64,000 bases of DNA from a virus (Duplodnaviria; Heunggongvirae; Uroviricota; Caudoviricetes), in the IMG/VR virus record IMGVR_UViG_3300028898_000252, positions 29,946-93,945 of that record; one strand, given 5' to 3'. The first letter of the stretch is position 1. The number at the start of each line of letters is the position of its first letter. Positions 47,315 to 56,885 of this stretch are shown piece by piece. Under the pieces are notes generated by a model. The model saw only the letters and a list, made by a program, of their open reading frames with translations, was not told the DNA's origin and did not search any database. The translations under genes and the position numbers were made by a program.

Positions 47315-48226
47315 ATGAAACCAGCTATAACAGAAAACGGCAAATTCAAAAAGAAACAGAAAGCAATAAATCAATCTTATGGTGGAGAAGAAGATGAAAA
47401 GCTTTTTATGGAATACCACGCAAGTAAAGTATACGACCAAAAAGGCAACCTAGAAAAAAGCAATGAAAAACTTAGAAACCAATTAACCCTCAGAAATCAA
47501 AAACTTGTTAATACTTTTATTTCCCTTATTGGAAATAAAAACAAAGTAGTGGTGAGAAAATATAAAGAAGATCTATTTCAAGAAGGTTTAATTGGATTAT
47601 CAAAGGCAATAGAACATTTTGATCCAACAAGAGGAATAAGGTTTTCGACATATGCAGGACACTGGGTTCTCCAGGCAATTACTTCTTATATCGCAAAACA
47701 ACAATTCGTTGTTGCCATCCCTACCCAGCTTAGATTAGCGTCGAATAAAATTCTTTCTTTTATGAAAGAGAATAAAAAAGAAACAACAGAAGAAATTTCT
47801 TTTGAAGAAAAAGAAGAACTTAAAAAACAATATAAAATACCAGAAAAAATATATCTTGATGCTGTAAAAGAAATAAAATCGGGATTTAATTCTTCAAACG
47901 TTTACAACACAATGGATAAAAGAATTGTTTATTTTGAACAGCCTTTGACGACTATTGCCTCGTCTTCTGCTCAGACAGATTCTTCATTTACTTATGAGCG
48001 GTTTTTAAAAGATAATGACGTTAATGTTTCTTATAACGAACCAATTTCATTATTAAACGAAACCCAAAGTTTAATTTCAACAAGTGAAGATGTGGTTTCT
48101 GCTGTCCATAAAACACTGCTAGAACTTGATCCACTTAAAAGATTAATTTTAATATTGAGGTTCATGGGAATAAAAAATATAGAAAACGAAAAGGAAATAG
48201 AATCAATTGGAACTCAAACAATATGA
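47315..48226 (+). CDS. sigma-70 family RNA polymerase sigma factor (regions 2 to 4.1 recognisable)
   Basis: GLIGLSKAIEHFDPTRGIRFSTYAGHWVLQAITSYI matches sigma70 region 2.1-2.4. The C-terminus LKRLILILRFMGI..EIESIGTQ resembles region 4.1. The ORF stops before a region 4.2 recognition helix. Confidence 0.8.
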   Translation: MKPAITENGKFKKKQKAINQSYGGEEDEKLFMEYHASKVYDQKGNLEKSNEKLRNQLTLRNQKLVNTFISLIGNKNKVVVRKYKEDLFQEGLIGLSKAIEHFDPTRGIRFSTYAGHWVLQAITSYIAKQQFVVAIPTQLRLASNKILSFMKENKKETTEEISFEEKEELKKQYKIPEKIYLDAVKEIKSGFNSSNVYNTMDKRIVYFEQPLTTIASSSAQTDSSFTYERFLKDNDVNVSYNEPISLLNETQSLISTSEDVVSAVHKTLLELDPLKRLILILRFMGIKNIENEKEIESIGTQTI

Positions 48227-48521
48227 AAAATACGTTACTGTAACGGAAGGAATGGATTACAGAACAATTTCAAAAGAACTTTTAAAACTTGGAGTGAACT
48301 TAAAACACGCAACAGTTAGGAACATAACCGAAAAAACAATGCCCGTGTTTTTAGATGCCTTCATCGAAAATGCAGGATTTGATCAAGAAAAAATAAACAA
48401 AGAAACCGTTTTAAAAACAGTTCAATTCTATGATAATCTAATTGAAATCATTGGTAAAGTAATTGCAAAAAATCCAGATCTCGTAAAAACAACAATAAAG
48501 GAAATAAAAGACTCAAAATGA
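48207..48521 (+). CDS. small HTH-like protein resembling sigma region 4.2 (true start probably the ATG at about 48252)
   Basis: TISKELLKLGVNLKHATVRNITEK resembles TLEEIGKxLGVSRERVRQIExKA. Overlaps the sigma gene in a different frame. Confidence 0.45.
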   Translation: MELKQYEKYVTVTEGMDYRTISKELLKLGVNLKHATVRNITEKTMPVFLDAFIENAGFDQEKINKETVLKTVQFYDNLIEIIGKVIAKNPDLVKTTIKEIKDSK

Positions 48522-48850
48522 AAAATGTATCATTTGGAAGAAAATATGACAAGAGAGATACAAAAGAAGGTATGCCTCTAGAAAGATTTCTTGAAAGACG
48601 AAAACTTGAATTATCTGAATGGTTAAGTGATAATAAAATAAAATCTGTAACAGATGCCGAAGAAAAGGTTAAAACTTTAGGTATTTGCATTACCTCTAAG
48701 AGCTTGAAAGACATAATTGACTATTTTGAAAAACCGATTTCCTTCGATACTCCGAATCCCCAACCTCTGTTAGAAACGAATTTGGAATTGCCCCTAGAAA
48801 AACCAAAAAAGAAAAAAGCACCTTCCGACGCTTCACCTGAAACCCTATAA
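48518..48850 (+). CDS. hypothetical protein
   Basis: 110-aa ORF. Confidence 0.45.
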   Translation: MKNVSFGRKYDKRDTKEGMPLERFLERRKLELSEWLSDNKIKSVTDAEEKVKTLGICITSKSLKDIIDYFEKPISFDTPNPQPLLETNLELPLEKPKKKKAPSDASPETL

Positions 48851-49156
48851 CCTACTCCCATCACCAACCAATACTTTCTGTCAAGTGGCTATTATTTTTT
48901 GTCTGTCGCTTTCTTTGTGGTCACTACACTAAGAGGGTCTGGGAGGGAAGGATTATTTCTTATTATCTTCTATAGACTGATTAGTACTAATCTCGGTGGA
49001 GTTATTAGGATTAGTAAGACCTATTACTAATGAACTAATCAGGTCATCTACGTCTTTGGCCTCTTGAGGAAAATTCTCTTTAAGTTCTTTTATCAAAGGG
49101 AGTTCTTTAATTTCTAAGAGGAGGTTCTCTGGTTTTAAATTCATTATGAGTTGATA

Positions 49157-50731
49157 TTAATATATATTCGACTCTTCTGTATAGCTTCCTGGAAATTTCA
49201 TTTTAGCTACTAGGTCTTGAGGTCTAATGTTGTCAGGTTCTTTTCCTGAAGGTGTTATGAGCCATAACACTTTTGCTTGTAGTGGTTCAAGTTCTGGAGC
49301 ATATCCATCTGTTAAAATTACAACCCATCTCCAGTTTCTTTTTTGCTGTGTTGGATCTTCTATAAACTTTTTTATGGCATTGAAGTCTGTGCCGCCTGAT
49401 CTTGTTCTTTTCCAAGAATATGCTAAGTTGTTTTTCCAAACAACATGAGAAGAAACATCTACTTCTGTATCAAAGTTATAAACATCTACCTCAATGATTT
49501 TTGCACAATTTGCCGCTTGAGCAAATGCAAGTTGTACTTCATCATTTGACATGGACCCAGATTGATCGATAAAAAACGCAATTGGCTGAGATGTTCTTTT
49601 CTTTTCTCCAGGTAACATCATTGGAAGTTTTTTAGAAATTTTACGATATGTACTTTCATGGTCTTGAATTCTGCACTGACCAATTGCATTTTCAAGAAGC
49701 ATTCTCCAATCAACAGGAGATTCTGCCGCAATTTTTCCCATCACTTCTTTAATTGCAGCACTCATAGAGCCCCAGCTGTTTTGTTTAGAGGCTGCATTAA
49801 GAGCTTCTTTAATATGATTTCTCATATTGGACTTGACCTCTTCTCTAATTTCTTTAGGAAGATCTTCCCAATTATGAGAATCAAATCCTGTAAGACCATT
49901 TAGTTTATCTCCACAGCCATTTAAAAAGATTTTTACTTTTCTTCCATTTCCTTCCCCTTCTTTTTTATTTTTAGATTCTTGATTTTTTAGAAAGTCTTTT
50001 ATTTTATTGAAATAAAACACAGTGGTTTGCAGTTGCGGTAACGTAGCAACAAACTCCGCAAATTCTTCGTTTTCTATGTTTGGTTTTCGGCCTGGGTAAA
50101 ATCCTACTTCTAAAGGAAACAGCGCAATATCAGGATTCATATTTTCTGTTGCCGCTAAAATCATCGAGTTAATCGCCAAGTCCATCGCAATATTTGCGAT
50201 GTGCATTTCATAAACATCTTGAGATAATATCGTTCTATCAGTTAAGTGACCTAACAAGGTGTGCAACACTTCGTGAATAAACAAGAAAGCAATTTCTTTA
50301 TAAGGTTTATTAGTTGATGAAGTGATAATTTGTCCCGTTATTTTATCTTTATATTTGCCACAAAGTTCAGCATCAATAAATTCGGGGTTATACCCAAGGA
50401 TATAAGTTATCCTTCCAGTTTCTTTATAAAACTCATAATCGAATTTAACATATGCAGTCTGCTCTTTCCAGTCTTCTTTGATTATAAATCTATTAATAAT
50501 TCTTCCATAAAAAGGTTCTTGCACAAAGAATACATTGAGTAACCATTTGATATAGCTGTAATCCTTGTTTGGATCTCTTTTGTATTCTTTTTTCGAGAGG
50601 CTTTCCCCGTGTTGATTTTCTGTAAGTTCTTTGTCCATCGTTTTCTGCCTTTTTAAAGTTGCTAGTTTCGTCCATAGCCTACACACGCGCGTGCAAATTG
50701 TCAAGGTCCGCGCGAGGGAGTGTGTTGACAC
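49157..50731 (-). CDS. metallopeptidase-like (HExxH) plus VWA-domain protein, DUF2201/CoxE-like partner of the MoxR ATPase
   Basis: HEVLHTLLGH (HExxH). IAFFIDQSGSMSNDE (VWA MIDAS motif). The track starts at GTG 50731. The likely ATG is near 50640 (MDKELTENQ). Confidence 0.7.
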   Translation of the reverse strand: MSTHSLARTLTICTRVCRLWTKLATLKRQKTMDKELTENQHGESLSKKEYKRDPNKDYSYIKWLLNVFFVQEPFYGRIINRFIIKEDWKEQTAYVKFDYEFYKETGRITYILGYNPEFIDAELCGKYKDKITGQIITSSTNKPYKEIAFLFIHEVLHTLLGHLTDRTILSQDVYEMHIANIAMDLAINSMILAATENMNPDIALFPLEVGFYPGRKPNIENEEFAEFVATLPQLQTTVFYFNKIKDFLKNQESKNKKEGEGNGRKVKIFLNGCGDKLNGLTGFDSHNWEDLPKEIREEVKSNMRNHIKEALNAASKQNSWGSMSAAIKEVMGKIAAESPVDWRMLLENAIGQCRIQDHESTYRKISKKLPMMLPGEKKRTSQPIAFFIDQSGSMSNDEVQLAFAQAANCAKIIEVDVYNFDTEVDVSSHVVWKNNLAYSWKRTRSGGTDFNAIKKFIEDPTQQKRNWRWVVILTDGYAPELEPLQAKVLWLITPSGKEPDNIRPQDLVAKMKFPGSYTEESNIY

Positions 50732-50773
50732 GCGCGCCAGAGTGGTTAACCTGTGCCGAGGTAAATCGACAAA
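50680..50773. promoter_or_regulatory. GC-rich divergent control region between the VWA gene and the MoxR gene, carrying CCGCGCGAGGG
   Basis: cacacgcgcgtg palindrome. TTGTCAAGG tccgcgcgaggg agtgtg TTGACA cgcgcgcc. -35-like hexamers on both strands. Confidence 0.5.
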
Positions 50774-52057
50774 ATGACATATGTAACATGCGACATAGAA
50801 ACAGCAAAGCAGATTGCTTTGTTACAAGATCCGAATCAAGCTGTTTTATTTCTCGGGCCACACGGAGTTGGCAAATCGCAGATTGTTTATCAAATAGCTG
50901 CCGCGTTAAGAGAAGATATTTATAAAGATCCCATTGTTTGTACTACAATTGGAGCCCTTCTAAAAGAAGAAGGTAAAATGGGTGATCTGATTGCACAAAA
51001 CAATGGTGTTTGGGGCTACGAATTAGGCATCCCCGTAATTGAACGAAGACTCTCACAAGTTGGAGAAGGTGAATTAACTGGAGTGCCTCGTATTGCAGAA
51101 AATGATTTGCTTAAGAGAGAAACAACGAAGTTTACTCAAATGGATTTTATGGGCGTCACATATGAATTCCCAGTAATTTTATTTTTCGATGAATTGAACC
51201 GAGCTTTTCCAAGCTTAAGACAAGCAACATTTCAAATTGCAGATTCGAAAATCTTTTTGGGAAACAGACTTCATAAAAAAACTCGCGTGTTTGTTGCCGC
51301 GAACGTTGGGCCGATGTATCAAGCAGATAATTTCGACATTGCAGAATTTTCTCGATATGCTGTTATTGGAGCTCAATATGATTCCGAGGCATGGTTAAAA
51401 TGGGCAGGAAAACCCGAGAACAAAATTCACTCACTTGTAGTAGAGTTTATTACCAAAGAACCCACTGCTCTTTATACAGACGATAAGAAGTTTTCAACAA
51501 ACACAAAATCCACAGATCCTAGAGCTTGGGCAAAAATTGGAAATTTGATGACCAGAATGGAAGAAGAAAAAACTCTGGGCGATATGGTTACAAACATCTC
51601 TAGATTTAAAATGCTTGTTTCGTCAATCATTGGCCCGATTGAAGGTGCGAAGTTTGCGGAATACTGCAAAGAAAATATCTTCTTCTTTGGAGTCAGGGAC
51701 ATATTTACGCACTGGCCTGTTGTCAAAGAACAAATTGAAAGATCAACAAAAAACGCAGACAGAAAAACAAAAATAATTTATGAACTTTGCCATAAACTTA
51801 GCGACTCGCTAGAGTCCAGTCACGAATACTGGTTTAGCGAACAAGAAATGTTCTATAAAAACATTTCTTTGTTTCTTGACGAAGTTCCAAACGAGCTCTT
51901 ATCCCAGCTTAGCCAAAAAGTTCTGAGACTCAGAAATGACCAATCGACCAAAGAAAAGGCAACAGAGAAATCTGTCTTAATTAAAATCTTTGATAACGTT
52001 ATCAAACCTAGAGCCAGAAAATTTTTATCAAACGATAAAAATGGAATACCCTCGTAA
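50774..52057 (+). CDS. MoxR-like AAA+ ATPase
   Basis: Walker A FLGPHGVGKSQ. Walker B VILFFDELNRAFPSLRQATFQIAD, a MoxR/AAA_5-like signature. Confidence 0.8.
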   Translation: MTYVTCDIETAKQIALLQDPNQAVLFLGPHGVGKSQIVYQIAAALREDIYKDPIVCTTIGALLKEEGKMGDLIAQNNGVWGYELGIPVIERRLSQVGEGELTGVPRIAENDLLKRETTKFTQMDFMGVTYEFPVILFFDELNRAFPSLRQATFQIADSKIFLGNRLHKKTRVFVAANVGPMYQADNFDIAEFSRYAVIGAQYDSEAWLKWAGKPENKIHSLVVEFITKEPTALYTDDKKFSTNTKSTDPRAWAKIGNLMTRMEEEKTLGDMVTNISRFKMLVSSIIGPIEGAKFAEYCKENIFFFGVRDIFTHWPVVKEQIERSTKNADRKTKIIYELCHKLSDSLESSHEYWFSEQEMFYKNISLFLDEVPNELLSQLSQKVLRLRNDQSTKEKATEKSVLIKIFDNVIKPRARKFLSNDKNGIPS

Positions 52058-52063
52058 GAGATT

Positions 52064-52102
52064 TTTATTTAACCTCAATATTTATTTTTGAGGTTAAATA
52101 AA
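52064..52102 (+). terminator. perfect hairpin downstream of the MoxR gene
   Basis: TTAACCTCAA-tatttattt-TTGAGGTTAA, extendable to about 15 bp. The flanks are A/T-rich rather than a clean U-run. Confidence 0.35.
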
Positions 52103-52108
52103 CTATAA

Positions 52109-52375
52109 ATGCCTACTCCATATTTACCACTAAACTTTAACGTTACATCGTCTGTAAGCGTTCAAAACGTTGCTGATGAAAACGGAACAGTTTCTACATA
52201 TGTCTGGTTGCGCGCTACAACTGTTGCTCAAAAAGGAATGCAATTCCGTATGGGCAGCACAGAAAATCCAGACGTTGTTTTGAAACTTACAAGCACAGCA
52301 ATTATTCCTGCTCTAACAAGTGCTCTTTCTAGCGCACTTCAAAACAGCGGTGTTGCTGGTTCTTGGCCACTGTAA
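52109..52375 (+). CDS. hypothetical small protein
   Basis: 88-aa ORF with a good ATG. Confidence 0.4.
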   Translation: MPTPYLPLNFNVTSSVSVQNVADENGTVSTYVWLRATTVAQKGMQFRMGSTENPDVVLKLTSTAIIPALTSALSSALQNSGVAGSWPL

Positions 52376-52478
52376 TCAAAGTAATCATTATTTTCAAGCA
52401 TTGCTTAAAATAACAAGAGGGACTAACTTAGAGATAAGTGGTCCCTCTTCTCTTTTGCGGACTCTTGAGGTAAAAAAC

Positions 52479-53081
52479 ATGGAAGAAAATCAAAATATAA
52501 AAGCGGAAATAATGACAGCTAGTGGAATTTTAGTTGATGTTTTAAATATCAAAGTAGAAGATATAAACATATACGACATAGCAACATCTTTAGCTCACAC
52601 TTGTTTTGCAGGCGGACATGTTAAAAAACTTTATACAAATGCTCAACATTCAATTTATGTTTCTCACTACGCAGGACTAGACTCTAGTATTGATAAATCA
52701 GATAGGAAAACAATATGGATCGAGCAAATGCGGGGATTGTTACATGATGCCGCGGAAGCTTATACAGTTGATATAAGAACACCTCTTAAACGACTTGAAA
52801 CATTTAAAGGATTAGTCGAATTAGAAAATAAAATTTCTGATAAAATAGCAGAAAGATTTGGTTTGGATTCTTTACATTCTGCCGCCGTTAAACGCGCTGA
52901 TACATACGTTAGGGCTCAAGAAATGAGAGACTTTATGGCAAAACCAAAATATGAACTTCCTCCAACAGATATTCGGGTAACTCAAAAACCATTTGACTAC
53001 AATATAAAAGCAATGGACCCAAAAAGAGCAAAAGAAGAGTTCATAAAACGTTTTGTCTACTTGCAAAATAATAAACCATGA
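52479..53081 (+). CDS. HD-domain hydrolase (YfbR-like)
   Basis: SLAHTCFAGGH ... LLHDAAEAYTVDI is an H...HD..E pattern. The start was moved from track 52320 to the ATG at 52479 (MEENQNIK). Confidence 0.5.
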   Translation: MEENQNIKAEIMTASGILVDVLNIKVEDINIYDIATSLAHTCFAGGHVKKLYTNAQHSIYVSHYAGLDSSIDKSDRKTIWIEQMRGLLHDAAEAYTVDIRTPLKRLETFKGLVELENKISDKIAERFGLDSLHSAAVKRADTYVRAQEMRDFMAKPKYELPPTDIRVTQKPFDYNIKAMDPKRAKEEFIKRFVYLQNNKP

Positions 53082-53102
53082 GTTACTCATTGTCTTCAAA
53101 CA

Positions 53103-54056
53103 ATGAATCTTGAAGACTTCCTGAAAAACTTAAATGTTAATAATGACTTCTATCGAAGTATAGATTTTCTCTCAAAACCAAAATATGAAGAACTAAAACT
53201 TTCGTTAGCAAGTAATAAAAGTTTTTCTGATTATTCAAGAGAATTTAATTGGTTTACAATATATTCTTCTATCAACATAGAGAAATATAAATCCGAAACA
53301 AAAACATTTGTTCCTGCAAGAAAATATGGAAATAGACTCTATACCTGGAGACTAAACCAAATGGACTATTACAGGGGCGATAAATATTCAGAGCCGATAA
53401 AAATTGGTTCTGAATTTTTTTTGTTTTATAATGAATACGGAAAGCCAACAAGAGCTCTACTCGAAAATAAACTTATTGAAAATGTAGGTTATAACTCTTT
53501 TAAACTTACAGACGAAAATCAATATTCTCAAACATTAACAGAACAAGATATTGAAAATGCAAAAAATGGATACTTTCAATATTTAGAAATTTTTGATTCA
53601 AAACCTTTTAAAGCAAAAGAACTTGAAAATTTTAATTTTATCTTTTATGGAAATTCTCCAATAATAGAAAAAAACGAGATTATTTTTTGGGCAGAAAGAA
53701 ATGGATTTGTAAATCATTCAAAGAAACCAAAACAGAACAAAAAGAATGTTCTTGTTTGTTTATCAGAATTTCCTTATTCAAGAAAAGCCTTGTTGAAAAC
53801 AAAAATTCCGCAAGGTTTAAAACATAACACGGCGAGAATTTCTTATAAAGATTTCATTAACATTGCTTATAACATTGCTTATAAACAAGATTTTGTTTTC
53901 TCCTGGAATTCTTTAAAACGAGAAAGAGTTAAACTTTTAACCGAGTATAAATCTTTTTTTGAGGATGAAAAGAATTTTAATAAAAATCAAAGGCGGCTAA
54001 CAAAACAAATTGTTGAAGAACTTGAAATTCAAATTGAAGAATTAAACTTGTTTTAA
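53103..54056 (+). CDS. hypothetical protein
   Basis: 317-aa ORF. Overlaps the first minus-strand MORN gene by 15 nt. Confidence 0.5.
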   Translation: MNLEDFLKNLNVNNDFYRSIDFLSKPKYEELKLSLASNKSFSDYSREFNWFTIYSSINIEKYKSETKTFVPARKYGNRLYTWRLNQMDYYRGDKYSEPIKIGSEFFLFYNEYGKPTRALLENKLIENVGYNSFKLTDENQYSQTLTEQDIENAKNGYFQYLEIFDSKPFKAKELENFNFIFYGNSPIIEKNEIIFWAERNGFVNHSKKPKQNKKNVLVCLSEFPYSRKALLKTKIPQGLKHNTARISYKDFINIAYNIAYKQDFVFSWNSLKRERVKLLTEYKSFFEDEKNFNKNQRRLTKQIVEELEIQIEELNLF

Positions 54057-54470
54057 AAAAGTAAACAGTATTTCAAAGTTTTTATATTGTTCCATTCCAG
54101 AAATAATAGGAAACTCTTGGATTCCTCTTTCTGTTAAGAACCTTATCCAATCAAGATCATATTTGCCTTTTTCTTTGCCAAGAAAAATACCAGTATTTAA
54201 CCAGTGTTCCAAATCTTTATAACTTAGATATACACTGTCTATATACCAAAGTTTGGTACCACCAGGCATTTCAATCGCTGGACCATCTATTCGGTGCCGT
54301 TTGTCTTCAATCCACCATTCTTTATCTCCATCTGAATGTTCAACAGCTGGTCCATCTTCTCGATGAATTTTACCCTCTTTATACCAAGCTTTAGTTCCAT
54401 TATAAAATTCAATAACACCAGTATAGTTTTTAGGAATCTCGGCAGATGAATTTAGTTTCAAAACTTCCAT
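54042..54470 (-). CDS. MORN-like repeat paralog family protein
   Basis: Repeats WYKEGKIHREDGPAVEH and WWIEDKRHRIDGPAIEM plus LDWIRFLTERGIQEFPIISGME. Confidence 0.7.
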   Translation of the reverse strand: MEVLKLNSSAEIPKNYTGVIEFYNGTKAWYKEGKIHREDGPAVEHSDGDKEWWIEDKRHRIDGPAIEMPGGTKLWYIDSVYLSYKDLEHWLNTGIFLGKEKGKYDLDWIRFLTERGIQEFPIISGMEQYKNFEILFTFLKQV

Positions 54471-54480
54471 TTATAGCTTT

Positions 54481-54837
54481 TTAAGCTCCAAGTTTTTCGA
54501 AAATAACTTTAAATTCTTCGTCCTCTCTCATTCCAGGAATAATAGGAAACTCTTGGATTCCTCTTTCTGTTAAGAACTTTAACCAATCAAGGTTATGGAT
54601 GCCTTTTTCTATCTTTAAAAAAAGAGTATTTTCTATTAATTGATTTAATGTAAATGGATGATACATGAAATCATCTATATACCAATACTTGTCTCTATTT
54701 CGATATTCACAAGCAGGGCCATCTATTCGGTGAAAATTTCCATCTTTATACCAATACTTAATTCCTGATTCATATTCTGCAATCCCTGTATAGTTCCTAG
54801 GGATACATTCATTACCTTTTAATTTAATCGTTTCCAT
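54481..54837 (-). CDS. MORN-like repeat paralog family protein
   Basis: Same repeat and C-terminal module. Confidence 0.7.
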   Translation of the reverse strand: METIKLKGNECIPRNYTGIAEYESGIKYWYKDGNFHRIDGPACEYRNRDKYWYIDDFMYHPFTLNQLIENTLFLKIEKGIHNLDWLKFLTERGIQEFPIIPGMREDEEFKVIFEKLGA

Positions 54838-54840
54838 CTT

Positions 54841-55003
54841 TATTTTTCCTTTTTCTTCTTATTTTATATCAAAAACCCTGCAATTTCCAAACACATGAAT
54901 TCAAAAAAGGCAATTTGCGGAATTTCCCTAGATATTTTATACTTTCTCCTAGATGGAAAGTCAAAAATTTTTTCAACATTTCCCATCTTTTTTGGAGAAG
55001 AAT
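54841..55003. repeat. conserved upstream intergenic cassette, copy A
   Basis: ttttatatcaaaaaccctgcaatt...gaatttccctagatattttatactttctcctagatggaaagtc...aagaattcaagtt. Near-identical to 57808-58009. Shares its first half with 56196-56384. Confidence 0.55.
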
Positions 55004-55381
55004 TCAAGTTTTGAATAAATCTATTAAAAACAGTTTTAATTCTTGAGAAGCATCTCTAGATTCTTCCATTCCTTTAATATAAGGAAACTCTATAATCCCT
55101 TCATTTTCTGTTAAAAACTTTAGCCAATCAAGGTTATGGATGCCTTTTTCTTTTCCAAGAAATATATATTTTTTATAATATCTTTCTAAAGTTGTAACAT
55201 TGTATGGCATACTGCTAATCCACCATTCTTTATTTCCGTTATCTATTTCAACAGCTGGACCATCTTCTCGATGCCATTTTCTTTCTTTGTACCAAAATTT
55301 AGCTTTCATTGCTTTATGTTCAATAATTCCTGTAAAGTTTTCAGGAACTTCTGTAAACGAATTCACTTCTATTATGTTCAT
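55004..55381 (-). CDS. MORN-like repeat paralog family protein
   Basis: Same repeat and C-terminal module. Confidence 0.7.
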   Translation of the reverse strand: MNIIEVNSFTEVPENFTGIIEHKAMKAKFWYKERKWHREDGPAVEIDNGNKEWWISSMPYNVTTLERYYKKYIFLGKEKGIHNLDWLKFLTENEGIIEFPYIKGMEESRDASQELKLFLIDLFKT

Positions 55382-55731
55382 GGTGAAATGATCTCATCCA
55401 TTCTTGTTTTCAGTAAAGGACTCACATCCTCCATCCCAGGAATAACAGGAAACTCTTTTATTCCTTGGTCTTTTGTCAAAAACTTTAACCAATATAGGTT
55501 ATATTTGCCCTTTTTGGTTTCAAGAAAAAGGGCAGAAATAAACATTTCTTCCAAATCATATATTTCATATCTAACTCCATCAATAAACCATTCTTTTGAA
55601 CCAACTCTCCATTCAATCGCAGGTCCATCTTCTCGATGCCTTTTTCCATTTTTAAACCATTCTTTGTCTCCATAATTGGTTGGAATCATTCCTGTAAAGT
55701 TTTGTCCAACTGTTAACCCTATTATGCTCAT
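55378..55731 (-). CDS. MORN-like repeat paralog family protein
   Basis: Same repeat and C-terminal module. 4-nt overlaps with neighbours. Confidence 0.7.
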   Translation of the reverse strand: MSIIGLTVGQNFTGMIPTNYGDKEWFKNGKRHREDGPAIEWRVGSKEWFIDGVRYEIYDLEEMFISALFLETKKGKYNLYWLKFLTKDQGIKEFPVIPGMEDVSPLLKTRMDEIISP

Positions 55732-56195
55732 AACCCAATTTCCTTCATCTCTTTTTCTGTTAAAAATTCTTTAAGCAAAGAAAAGAACAGTCTCTCTGTT
55801 TCCATTCCTTTAATATAAGGAAACTCTTGAATTCCTTGATTTACTGTCAAAAACTTTAGCCAATATAAATCATATTTTCCTTTTTCTTTTCCAAGAAAGA
55901 TCGAATCTTTAAAAAGCATTTTTAAAATCATGGAGTGATAGAAAGATCCTTCGAGATGCCATTCTTTTGTTCCGTTTGCGTATTCACAAGCGGGACCATC
56001 TAATCTATGACATTTTCCATCAATCCACCATTCTTTATCTCCATTAGCCTGTTCAATGGCTGGCCCATCTACTCTATGGGGAAACCCATCCTGAAACCAT
56101 ATTTTTGTTCCTAGTGGATATTCAACAATCCCTGTAAAGTTTTCAGGGCACAACTCATCAACTTTTAATTTAAGCGTTTCTGTTTTCGTTTTCAT
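55728..56195 (-). CDS. MORN-like repeat paralog family protein
   Basis: Three repeats plus YWLKFLTVNQGIQEFPYIKGME. Confidence 0.7.
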   Translation of the reverse strand: MKTKTETLKLKVDELCPENFTGIVEYPLGTKIWFQDGFPHRVDGPAIEQANGDKEWWIDGKCHRLDGPACEYANGTKEWHLEGSFYHSMILKMLFKDSIFLGKEKGKYDLYWLKFLTVNQGIQEFPYIKGMETERLFFSLLKEFLTEKEMKEIGL

Positions 56196-56384
56196 TACCT
56201 TTCTTTCTTTCCTTATTTTATATCAAAAACCCTGTAATTCTCAAACACACGAATTCAAGTTTTTGAATTCTTCGGTTTTCCAGGGTTTTTGATTTATACC
56301 CCTGGGATTTTGGATAAAACTCATGTTCATTTTCTCGCATGTTTTGTGTTCAAGAATTCAAGTTTAAGAGAAATGAGGTTTTCT
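56196..56384. repeat. conserved upstream intergenic cassette, copy B (variant)
   Basis: ATATCAAAAACCCTG ... CAGGGTTTTTGATTTAT 15-bp inverted repeat. GAATTCAAGTTTTTGAATTC palindrome. Confidence 0.5.
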
Positions 56385-56768
56385 CTAGATCTCAAGTGAA
56401 AGTTTACGAAAAGCTTTCTTAAAAAGAGGATCGGTTTCCATTCCTGGAATAATAGGATACTCTTCAACTCCATCTTCTGTTAGAAACTTTATCCATCTAA
56501 GGTCATACTTTCCTTTTTCGATCCCAAGAAAAATTGATGAATTGATTGTGCTACATAATATATTACCAAAATAGTAAACTCCATCAACCCACCAATATCT
56601 TTCTCCATTTCCATATTCTACAGCTGGACATTCTACAGCTGGTCCATCTATTCTGTGAGCCCTTCCTTCTTTATACCAATACTTTGACCGTGTACTGGTA
56701 TAATACACAATTCCCGTATAGTTTTTAGGAATCATTTCACCTGGATTATTCATGTTTATAATTTCCAT
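56385..56768 (-). CDS. MORN-like repeat paralog family protein
   Basis: Repeat with the internal micro-duplication GPAVECPAVEYG, plus the C-terminal module. Confidence 0.65.
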   Translation of the reverse strand: MEIINMNNPGEMIPKNYTGIVYYTSTRSKYWYKEGRAHRIDGPAVECPAVEYGNGERYWWVDGVYYFGNILCSTINSSIFLGIEKGKYDLRWIKFLTEDGVEEYPIIPGMETDPLFKKAFRKLSLEI

Positions 56769-56885
56769 TTAAAACCCTTATAACGCCTTTCTTTTCCCAA
56801 CGAGGGAATGTTCGTTTTTTTGATTTTAATGCCCTGCTGAGCCGTATAAATAAAGTGAATAAATGTCTGGGAATTTCCTTGATGA

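Noticed and set aside
7582-50716. TGTCAAG heptamer as an enriched regulatory word
   Set aside because: I counted about six occurrences in 64 kb, close to random expectation for an AT-rich 7-mer. Only the specific cases with a proper -10 at the correct spacing are kept as promoter candidates.
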